Origin: Deinococcaceae bacterium
GTDB lineage: Bacteria > Deinococcota > Deinococci > Deinococcales > Trueperaceae
Direction of reading: 5' to 3'
NCBI GenBank assembly: GCA_040256005.1
Contig: JBDZWC010000035.1
Coordinates: 1-24,357 of the forward strand
DNA length: 24,357 nucleotides
Position numbers and translations under genes: made by a program. Shown here one piece after another: positions 17,208-24,357 of the stretch (position 1 is the first letter of the stretch; each line of letters opens with the position of its first letter). The notes under the pieces are model-generated. The model was not told the DNA's origin. It searched no databases and was given only the letters and a program-made list of their open reading frames with translations.

Positions 17208-18908
17208 TCAGCTGCCGGCGAACCTCGTCCTGCGGAGGACCCACTCGGCCAGCAGGGCCGCGAGCGCGAGCGCGCAGAGCACGACGGCACCGAACGTCGG
17301 CGCCGAGCCGGAAGGCGCAACGTCCGGGCCGACGGTCCCCTCGTTCGCGGCAACCGCCGTGTTCGCCGGGGCCGCCTGCGCCAAGCCAGCCGCCCGGAGC
17401 ACCGACTCCCCTCCGGAGACCGGCAGACGTGACTCGTTGGCCGAGAGGAGGGAGGCCAGGGTCAGCGTGCCGTCCTCCGCCGGGTAGGCGCCCGGTTCGG
17501 TCCAGGGGCCGGCCGCGCCCGCCGCCTCGCCGAGCCGGAGCCTGGTGGTCGACCGCAACTCCCCGACGACGTTGGCGAGGAGCGCCGGGAACGCCGGCCT
17601 GAGCGTGAGGTCGGACTGGCTCGGGTTGAACGCGAACTCCAGCGCCAACGGACCGCCTGACTCTCGCACCCTGATGATCGGCGTCAGGTCCGTGGTGCGC
17701 GCCAACACCCGCCAACCAGCCTCCTCCGGCCACGGCTCGAGCTGCGGGTCGAGACCGACCACGACGTCGGAGAGGTCTGCGAACCGCAGCAGCGGATGGG
17801 CGCGGGCGAAGTCCCGGACGACCGTGTACACGGGCTCCGGAGAAGGCGCCGCGAACGACACGTAGGGCGCCTGGGTGGAAGGCACGCCGCCGCCGGTGAG
17901 GACCACGACCTCGGCATCGAGCAGGCCGGCCCCGCGACTGTACGTGACCTGGGTGTTCGGGACGGCCGAGAGGGCTCGCGTCACGGCCCCTTGGGTGTCG
18001 TCGGTGACGACCTGCAGGGGCCGGCTGCCGACGAACGCCACGTCGTCTATGGCAAGGGCGTCGGATGGGCCGTCGAGCCGCGCCTGGATCACGCCCGACA
18101 GGTCGGGTAGAGGGAAGGTAGCGCTCCCCACGCCGCCGGCGGGCACCAGTACCTCCGCCGAGGCGAGCTCGACACCGTCGCGACTGAGCACGACGCGAGT
18201 CTGAGCCGGCTGTGGGCCGCTGGAGACTACGCCGATGAAGACCTGGCCGATGCCTATCTCCAGGGCGCTGATACCCAGGTTCGTCACCGGCTCGCCCACG
18301 ACGTGCACGGTGGCCCGTCCGAGCGACATCTCCATGTCGGTCACCACGTGGACGTCCGCCCCGGGTAGCAGTGCGCCGGTCAGTTCCAACGCCCCGCCGA
18401 TGTCGGCCGACGCGTCGCCGGCCTCCAACCCGGCGATCGCCTCACGGCGCTCGCTCTGAGTGGCCTCGAGCGGCGCCAGGAGCCGCGCGACGGTCCCCGC
18501 CCTTACCAACGCGACCCTGCCAGCCCCCTGACCCAGCTCCAGGGCGAGGTCCGTGGCCAGGTCGAGGCGCGTGGTGGCCCGGTCGTCTCCCACCGCAGAC
18601 GCTGTGGCGGCTGCCCGCATCGATGCCGAGGCATCGATGATCACCACGACGTCGGGCGCGCGCCGCGACACGACCGCCGGCCTCGCCAGCGCGAAAGCCG
18701 CCAACGCCGTGAAGAGCAGTTGGACGAACAGCAACCACGACGGCCTGATGCGCCGCCGGCGGGAGGCCGCGCGCGTCGCCCTGTCCCAGAGGAACAGCGC
18801 GGAGACCTCGTGCCTCAGCCTGCGTGCCCGCAGGTAGTGCAGGAGCACGACGACGGGCAGAGCCGCCAGCAGCCAGAGGAACGCGGGGCTGTGGAAGGTC
18901 AGGTTCAA
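17208..18908 (-). CDS. BatA N-terminal + von Willebrand A domain membrane protein
   Basis: BatA-type F.SP.FLWLL.LP...LHYL..LFLW..W.LF.QLL..LARP, MIDAS IIDASASM and C-terminal TM LLAEWVL. TTG start 3 nt after the upstream stop. Confidence 0.85.
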   Translation of the reverse strand: MNLTFHSPAFLWLLAALPVVVLLHYLRARRLRHEVSALFLWDRATRAASRRRRIRPSWLLFVQLLFTALAAFALARPAVVSRRAPDVVVIIDASASMRAAATASAVGDDRATTRLDLATDLALELGQGAGRVALVRAGTVARLLAPLEATQSERREAIAGLEAGDASADIGGALELTGALLPGADVHVVTDMEMSLGRATVHVVGEPVTNLGISALEIGIGQVFIGVVSSGPQPAQTRVVLSRDGVELASAEVLVPAGGVGSATFPLPDLSGVIQARLDGPSDALAIDDVAFVGSRPLQVVTDDTQGAVTRALSAVPNTQVTYSRGAGLLDAEVVVLTGGGVPSTQAPYVSFAAPSPEPVYTVVRDFARAHPLLRFADLSDVVVGLDPQLEPWPEEAGWRVLARTTDLTPIIRVRESGGPLALEFAFNPSQSDLTLRPAFPALLANVVGELRSTTRLRLGEAAGAAGPWTEPGAYPAEDGTLTLASLLSANESRLPVSGGESVLRAAGLAQAAPANTAVAANEGTVGPDVAPSGSAPTFGAVVLCALALAALLAEWVLRRTRFAGS

Positions 18909-18911
18909 GCG

Positions 18912-20561
18912 CTACACCTGGAAGACGCCCAGCTTGAGGTCTTCCTCGACCGGGGCGAACGCGCACGCCTCCAGCGCGCGCACCAAGACCGTCCTGAGCT
19001 CGTCGGGAGCGACTATCTCGTCGACCCAGAGCCGGGCAGCCGCGTACCTGATGTCGAGCGCGTCCTCGTAGCGCTCCGCCACCGCGCGGCGCAGCTCGGC
19101 CAGGGCCTCGTCTTCCACGCTCTGCCCCTGCCGCTTGAGCTGAGCCGCCTGGATGTCGAGCAACGTGCTCGCGGCCTGCTGGCCGCCCATCACGGCGTAC
19201 CGGGCGCTGGGTAGGGCGAAGATGAAGCGCGGGGCGAACGCCTTGCCGCTCATGGCGTAGTGGCCGGCGCCGTACGACCCGCCGAGGATCACGCTGATGC
19301 GCGGGACGACGCTGTTGGAGACGGCGTTGACGAGCTTGGCGCCGCGGCGGATGATCCCGTCCCTCTCGCTGTCCTTGCCGACCATGAAGCCGTTGACGTC
19401 GTGCAGGAAGACGATGGGCACGCGGGCCTGGTTGCAGTTCAGCACGAAGCGTGCCGCCTTGTCGGCCGCGTCGCCGTAGATGACGCCGCCTATCTCGATG
19501 CGGCCCTGCTTCCTGATCACCCGCTTCTGGTTCGCCACGACCCCCACCGGGAAGCCGCCCAGGCTACCGGTGCCGCAGACGATCGTCTCGCCGTAGTCGG
19601 CCTTGTACTCGTCGAAGCCGGCGTCGTCGAGGAGCGCGGCGAGCAGCTCGCGGACCTCGTAAGGCCTGGTCCCGCCCTCGACCGGCAGCAGGTGCTGGAG
19701 CCGGTCGTCAGGCGCCGCGGGCGCGACCTCCGGCTGCCGCTGGCGTGCCCAGGCCGCAGGCTCCTGCCCGGCGTAGCCGGCGGCCAGGCTCCTCAGGCGC
19801 TCCAGCGCGCTCTCGTCGTCGGGCTCCCTGAAGTCGACGGTGCCGGAGACCTCGGCGTGCATGGCCGCGCCGCCCAGCTCCTCGGAGTCGACGTCCTGGC
19901 CTATCGCTGCCTTCACAAGCGCGGGCCCGGCCAGGTACAGGCCGGAGCCGTCCGTCATCACGAGCTTGTCGCACATGACCGGCAGGTACGCCCCGCCGGC
20001 GACGCAGTTCCCCATGATCGCGGCCAGCTGAGGTACGCCCATGGCGCTGATACGCGCGTTCAGGTAGAAGACCCTGCCGAAGTCGTCCTGGTCGGGGAAG
20101 ATCTCGTCCTGCATGGGCAGGTAGACGCCGGCGGAGTCCACCAGGTAGACGAGCGGGATCCGGTTCTCGAGGGCGATGGTCTGCGCCCTGATGACCTTCT
20201 TGGCCGTGATCGGGAAGAACGCCCCGGCCTTCACCGTGGCGTCGTTGGCGATGATCATCCAGTCGCGTCCGTGGATGCGCCCCAGACCGGTCACCACCCC
20301 GCCCGCCGGTGCACCGCCGGCCTCCGGGTACAGCTCCCAGCCGGCGAACGCCATGAGCTCGAGGAAGGAGCCGGTGCCGTCGTCGACGAGCCGTGCGATG
20401 CGTTCCCGCGCCGTGAGACGGCCCTTCGAGTGCTGGCGCTCCACGGCCCGCTCTCCCCCGCCCAGGGCGATGCGGTCGCGGTCGGAGGCAAGCCGCGCGA
20501 CGGCGGCGTCCCAGTCGTGGACGCCGTGCGGCCGGTCGCCAGCCACGCCGCCTCTAGTCAC
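18912..20561 (-). CDS. Acyl-CoA carboxylase carboxyltransferase (beta) subunit, MCC/PCC-type
   Basis: KGRLTARERI, ANDATVKAG, LVDSAGVYLP, GNCVAGGAY, GFMVG and SYGAGHYAM. Confidence 0.93.
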   Translation of the reverse strand: MTRGGVAGDRPHGVHDWDAAVARLASDRDRIALGGGERAVERQHSKGRLTARERIARLVDDGTGSFLELMAFAGWELYPEAGGAPAGGVVTGLGRIHGRDWMIIANDATVKAGAFFPITAKKVIRAQTIALENRIPLVYLVDSAGVYLPMQDEIFPDQDDFGRVFYLNARISAMGVPQLAAIMGNCVAGGAYLPVMCDKLVMTDGSGLYLAGPALVKAAIGQDVDSEELGGAAMHAEVSGTVDFREPDDESALERLRSLAAGYAGQEPAAWARQRQPEVAPAAPDDRLQHLLPVEGGTRPYEVRELLAALLDDAGFDEYKADYGETIVCGTGSLGGFPVGVVANQKRVIRKQGRIEIGGVIYGDAADKAARFVLNCNQARVPIVFLHDVNGFMVGKDSERDGIIRRGAKLVNAVSNSVVPRISVILGGSYGAGHYAMSGKAFAPRFIFALPSARYAVMGGQQAASTLLDIQAAQLKRQGQSVEDEALAELRRAVAERYEDALDIRYAAARLWVDEIVAPDELRTVLVRALEACAFAPVEEDLKLGVFQV

Positions 20562-20579
20562 CGCCGACGCTCACCGGGG

Positions 20580-20882
20580 TCACCTCTGTCGCACCGCCAG
20601 CACGACCAGTAGGCCCCCGCCGGCGTTCTCGACGGTGTGGCGTTCCCCCGCCTCGAGCGTCGCTAGCTTGCCCTTCCCCACCCGCTCGGTCGCCGCGCCG
20701 GCGCGCAGCAGCGCCTCGCCCTCCAGTACCTGGTAGACGACGGCCTCGGGGCCGCCTTCCCATGACTGCCCGGCCTCGAAGCACACGAGCCGGGCGTCCA
20801 TGCCACCGGCGCCCGCGAGGTCGCCCACCTGCACCGAGTCCAACGAGAAGCGTCTGGCTTTCGAGATGTTGACCGTGCGCAT
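20580..20882 (-). CDS. Small cupin-domain protein
   Basis: LVCFEAGQ, YQVLEGEA and AGERHTVEN cupin pattern; SD GGAGG upstream. Confidence 0.8.
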   Translation of the reverse strand: MRTVNISKARRFSLDSVQVGDLAGAGGMDARLVCFEAGQSWEGGPEAVVYQVLEGEALLRAGAATERVGKGKLATLEAGERHTVENAGGGLLVVLAVRQR

Positions 20883-21028
20883 GCCTTGGCCTCCGTTCGA
20901 CGCTCGCCCCGCCCCCCTAGCGTGGGCCGACGTCCGTCTCGCGAGCTGGACTACCGCGGACTGCAGAGTACATCGCTGCGGGGACTGTTGGCCCGTTCGG
21001 GACGCCTATCCTCACACTCCGCTGCCGT

Positions 21029-21214
21029 TGTGGATAAGTGTGTCTATTGACAGGTGGGGCTGCTGTCTGGTAAGGCCCCAACGGGTCCCTCCGAACACAG
21101 AAAACGCCGTCAGGCACGCACATCCCAGATATCCCCACCCTACACGCCCGTCCTGGTCGGCCTTCCAGCGTGTTCTCCACAGACCTGCGGAGAAACGGCG
21201 CTCTTTGTGGATAA
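21029..21214. promoter_or_regulatory. Cluster of DnaA boxes
   Basis: TGTGGATAA at 21029-21037 and 21206-21214 (perfect), TTCTCCACA at 21173-21181 (1 mismatch), TGCGGAGAA at 21186-21194 (2 mismatches). Confidence 0.65.
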
Positions 21215-21295
21215 CTCAGGAAGCGCGTCTGTGACGATGAGACGCAAATGTGAGTGGTCGCCGCGCCGTGCGCACGGCCTGGCGAGGCGTCGGCT

Positions 21296-21892
21296 TCAGC
21301 CTGTAGCGGCGGCGACGAACGCCCGTATCAACTCATGGTCCTTGATGCCGGGCGCAGACTCCACACCACTACTGACGTCCACGGCATGCGGCTCGAGGGT
21401 CTTCACTGCCGCCCGCACGTTCGCCGGCGTGAGGCCGCCGGCCAGCACCAGCCGGGGATGCGCTCGCCAGGCCCCGGCCGCGGCCCAGTCGAAGCTGGTG
21501 CCCGAGCCTGGCACTGCGGCGTCGAGCATGTACGCTTCGGCTGGATAGGCCTCCAGAGCCGCGGGACTGGGTGCGCGCGCGAACGCGACGGCGCGCAGCA
21601 CGCGGGCGTGCTGGCGGACCGCGGCGGCGAAGGTCGGGGTCTCTTCACCGTGCAGCTGAGCCACGTCCAAGCGCAGCTCCGTGACGAGACGGGTCACCTC
21701 GTCCAAGGGCTGGTCACGGAAGACGCCCACCGTGGTGACGAACGGCGACAAGGCCGCGACGACCTCCCGGGCGGCCGCCTCGTCCACGCGGCGCCTCGAC
21801 TCCCCGAAGACCAGCCCTATCGCGTCGGCGCCGGCCGCCTGCGCCGCCAGGGCGTCCTCGGGCCTGGTGATGCCGCAGATCTTGACGCGCAC
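21296..21892 (-). CDS. trpF: Phosphoribosylanthranilate isomerase
   Basis: VKICGIT, AQLHGEE, GSGTSFDW, LAGGLTPANV and VDVSSGVE..PGIKD. Start placed at GTG 21892. Confidence 0.95.
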   Translation of the reverse strand: MRVKICGITRPEDALAAQAAGADAIGLVFGESRRRVDEAAAREVVAALSPFVTTVGVFRDQPLDEVTRLVTELRLDVAQLHGEETPTFAAAVRQHARVLRAVAFARAPSPAALEAYPAEAYMLDAAVPGSGTSFDWAAAGAWRAHPRLVLAGGLTPANVRAAVKTLEPHAVDVSSGVESAPGIKDHELIRAFVAAATG

Positions 21893-21900
21893 CCGGCCGT

Positions 21901-22284
21901 TCAGAAGGCGTCCTCCAGATGCTGGAGCCGCGCCGTTGGTCGCGGTCCGGTGACGAGCACGGCGTCGAAGCGCACGGCGACGTTCGCGTCGCCGAGAACC
22001 GTCGCCAGGTAGTGCCGTGCCGCCTGGCGGACCCTCCGCTGCTTGGCCGGTGAGATGGAGGCTGCCGGTCCGCCGTAGGCGGTCGCGCTGCGCTGCCTCA
22101 CCTCGACGAACACGACCGTGGCGTCCGGCGCCTTCACCACCAGGTCGATCTCGGCGCCGCGCAACCTGTAGTTGCGCTCCAGCACCGCGAAACCCTTGGC
22201 GACGAAGTGCCTCTCCGCCAAGGCCTCCGCCCAATGGCGTTCCGGCGCTCCTGCTGACCCGCGAGAGCCCGCCGCGGCGCGCAC
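21901..22284 (-). CDS. yraN: YraN (UPF0102) family nuclease-fold protein
   Basis: LERNYR..AEIDLV..VFVEVR..KQRR..RFD. Start is uncertain; GTG 22284 chosen. Confidence 0.88.
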   Translation of the reverse strand: MRAAAGSRGSAGAPERHWAEALAERHFVAKGFAVLERNYRLRGAEIDLVVKAPDATVVFVEVRQRSATAYGGPAASISPAKQRRVRQAARHYLATVLGDANVAVRFDAVLVTGPRPTARLQHLEDAF

Positions 22285-22295
22285 GGGGTTCGGTG

Positions 22296-22718
22296 TCAGC
22301 TGGGCGTGACCATGACCCGGTTGGCGTCCGCCCACAGGCCCTCCAGGTCGTAGAAATCGCGGGCATCCGTGCTCATGACGTGCACGACGACGTTCCCGTA
22401 GTCGAGCAGGACCCAGCGGTTCGAGGGGCCCTCGACGCCACGCGGGAGGACGCCGGCGAGCTTCATACGCTCGCGCACGCTGTCCTCCATGGCCTTGAGC
22501 TGCGGCGCCGACTCGCCGGAGGCGATGACGAACCAGTCCAGCGAATCGGACGCCTCGCGCAGGTCCAGCACGGCTATGTCCACGGCTCGCTTGTCGTCGA
22601 GCGCGTCCACGATCGTCTGTACCTCGCTGGGCACCGTCCCAGCGGCTCCTCTGGCCCCTGGGGCCTCGGTCCCGGTGGCTGCCTTCAAACGCTCCTCCGA
22701 TCCACGCGCCGCGCTCAC
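22296..22718 (-). CDS. rsfS: Ribosome silencing factor RsfS (Iojap)
   Basis: DKRAVDIAVLD, WVLLDYGNVVVHVM and RDFYDLEGLW. Confidence 0.95.
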   Translation of the reverse strand: MSAARGSEERLKAATGTEAPGARGAAGTVPSEVQTIVDALDDKRAVDIAVLDLREASDSLDWFVIASGESAPQLKAMEDSVRERMKLAGVLPRGVEGPSNRWVLLDYGNVVVHVMSTDARDFYDLEGLWADANRVMVTPS

Positions 22719-24016
22719 CTGGCGGCGCTGGCCGTCACGGCCGTCCTGTGGTCCACGCGCTCGCCGGCGTCCGCCCCGAGCACGAGCTCCAAGTTCACCG
22801 CGCGTCCAGCGTACGGGCTTAGCCGAGCGACCTGCTGCTTGCCGGCGTGCAGGAGCTCGGCGTAGTAGTCGGCATCTGTCCAGGCGTCCAGGGTGGCGAA
22901 CAGCCGGGTGGGACCCGGCTCCACCTGGTCGTCCTCGCGCAGGGTGACCAGCTCGGCCGGCACGCCCTGGGCGACTATGGCGTCGACGTAGACCTGGCCC
23001 AGCCCGGCGATGCCCGAGCGGTCCGTGACGAGGAGGCCGACCTCGGGCGGTTCGCTGAAGTCGCGTGCCACGCCGTCGAACGTCTGAGCCATGAACTCGT
23101 TGACGGTCACCGGGTCGGAGAAGACCACCTGAGCGCCGGAGGCGGTCGTGCCCTCCTCTACCGGCAGGGTGGCCGTCGTGACGAGCCGGAGGTTGGGCAG
23201 GCGCGTGGCCAGCTGCCTCACCAGCGCAGGGCTGGCGTTGGTCTCGACGTCGGAGAGGTAGGTGTCCAGCAGGCTGGGCACCAACGTCACGGCCCGGACG
23301 TTCATCTCCTTGAGCCGCTGCAACATGGCGTACGCCAAGCGCTTGACGTTGTCGATGCGGTCGATGTCACCCCTCAAGGTCTGACGGTACCGGATGAACA
23401 GGCTGGCGTCCTCGCCGTCCATGTGCCGGGGACCAGCTTCGAAGTGGATGTGTACGCCGCCTACGTTGTCGTCGTAGTCCATGTCGTAGGGGACGTCGAT
23501 CTCGACGCCACCCAGCGCGTCCACGATGTTCTGGAAGATGTCCAGCTTGATGATCGCGTAGTAGTCGACCGGCACGCCGAGGATGGCCTCGACGCGGCTG
23601 CGCAGCCCCTCACCGCCCCGTTTGCCGTAGACGAGGTTGAGACGGTAACCGAGGTCCTCCTGCCACAAGTCGCGGGGCAAGGCGACCAGCGTGATGTCGT
23701 CACCGCGGATGGCTACGTACAGGATCGTGTCTGTGTTGGCGCCCTGGCTCGAGCTGTACCCGTTGATGGGACGCCAGCCGATGATGGTGCCGTCCTGCCG
23801 GTAGATGGGCTCGGCGCCCTCGTTGGCGTAGAGGATGTCGCGGCCCGCGACGATGAAGCTGGCGTGGAACTCGTCCTCTTCGATGTCCAGGAGCCGGCGT
23901 TGCTCGTCGGTGAGCGTGCCGCGCTTGACGTCCTTGGACAGCCAGTAGCCCGTGAGCCCCACCAGCGCCACCAGCAAGCCCAGCAGCGTGACGAGCCTGG
24001 CCCTGGTGCGCGTCAT
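22715..24016 (-). CDS. LytR-CpsA-Psr (LCP) family cell-wall polymer ligase with LytR_C-like tail
   Basis: N-terminal TM, NTDTI, LPRDL, VDALGGVEIDV and RYRQ..GDIDR. ATG 24016 overlaps the yqeK stop. Confidence 0.9.
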   Translation of the reverse strand: MTRTRARLVTLLGLLVALVGLTGYWLSKDVKRGTLTDEQRRLLDIEEDEFHASFIVAGRDILYANEGAEPIYRQDGTIIGWRPINGYSSSQGANTDTILYVAIRGDDITLVALPRDLWQEDLGYRLNLVYGKRGGEGLRSRVEAILGVPVDYYAIIKLDIFQNIVDALGGVEIDVPYDMDYDDNVGGVHIHFEAGPRHMDGEDASLFIRYRQTLRGDIDRIDNVKRLAYAMLQRLKEMNVRAVTLVPSLLDTYLSDVETNASPALVRQLATRLPNLRLVTTATLPVEEGTTASGAQVVFSDPVTVNEFMAQTFDGVARDFSEPPEVGLLVTDRSGIAGLGQVYVDAIVAQGVPAELVTLREDDQVEPGPTRLFATLDAWTDADYYAELLHAGKQQVARLSPYAGRAVNLELVLGADAGERVDHRTAVTASAAR

Positions 24017-24357
24017 GTGAGCGACTCGTAGGCGCGGAGCGTGGCGGGATGGATCTCCTTGCCCTCGCGCTGCAGGTACTCGACCTTGTTCCTGACGGCT
24101 TGGGCGTACGCCGCCCACAGGTCCGACATGGCCAGCGCCCTGACGTCGTCGTTGACGCCCCGACCCGGCTCGGAGACGTCCGCGACGTACACGGCGGCGC
24201 CCACGGCGTCGCCGGCCCGCACGCCGAACACGTGCCCCTCTATGGCCCCGAGCACCACCGGGTCGCGTACGCCCCAGCGCGCGGCCAGGCGTCTGGCGGC
24301 GCGGCCGTGCATGGCCAGGGGGTGAGCTGCCTCGACCTCGTTCTCCGGTTGGGCGAG
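24013..24357 (-). CDS. yqeK: YqeK HD-domain Ap4A hydrolase (5' truncated by the window edge)
   Basis: HPLAMHG, AIEGHVFG, YVADVSEPGR and IHPAT, in the usual context upstream of LCP/rsfS. Confidence 0.85.
   Translation of the reverse strand, partial: LAQPENEVEAAHPLAMHGRAARRLAARWGVRDPVVLGAIEGHVFGVRAGDAVGAAVYVADVSEPGRGVNDDVRALAMSDLWAAYAQAVRNKVEYLQREGKEIHPATLRAYESLT

Noticed and set aside
21893..22366. Apparent N-terminal extension of TrpF
   Set aside because: An Arg/Gly-rich alternative frame overlapping yraN. TrpF homology begins at VRVKICG.
2266..24031. Many other long overlapping ORFs (e.g. 2266-3513, 16123-17487, 19260-20612, 22847-24031)
   Set aside because: Arg/Gly/Pro-rich off-frame or antisense ORFs expected in high-GC DNA, each overlapping a well-supported gene.
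21296..24357. trpF outside a trp operon, behind yqeK-LCP-rsfS-yraN
   Set aside because: A dispersed trpF and the yqeK-LCP-rsfS order are common housekeeping arrangements.
1..24357. CRISPR arrays, IS/transposases, prophage, defence genes, tRNA/rRNA
   Set aside because: I saw no regularly spaced repeats, terminal inverted repeats, integrase or transposase motifs, or structural RNA signatures by eye.

Overview
GC-rich bacterial chromosomal window, most likely Deinococcota and possibly Truepera-like. This is inferred from an Nqo15 homolog, an SLH/coiled-coil/beta-rich SlpA, minDE without minC, the yqeK-LCP-rsfS order and pervasive leaderless-type promoters. It holds about 27 mostly housekeeping CDSs: DAO-family oxidoreductase (partial), nqo15, HAD hydrolase, pcrA/uvrD, minD, minE, an aspartate-less receiver/coiled-coil protein, HxlR regulator, hpf, rhomboid, GlmU-like hexapeptide protein, DAG-kinase family, slpA, thyX, rlmH, a hypothetical protein, SufT/DUF59, rodA, BatA/VWA protein, acyl-CoA carboxyltransferase, cupin, trpF, yraN, rsfS, LCP and yqeK (partial). 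I saw no mobile element, CRISPR array, tRNA or rRNA. The best leads are: (1) the aspartate-less receiver + coiled-coil protein right after minDE, whose C-terminal tail resembles the MinE N-terminus; (2) the slpA leader, with a perfect orphan SD and a possible uORF; (3) a DnaA-box cluster with no dnaA nearby; (4) a three-hairpin minD leader that occludes the SD. All product calls come from motif recognition and recall; no database search was run.
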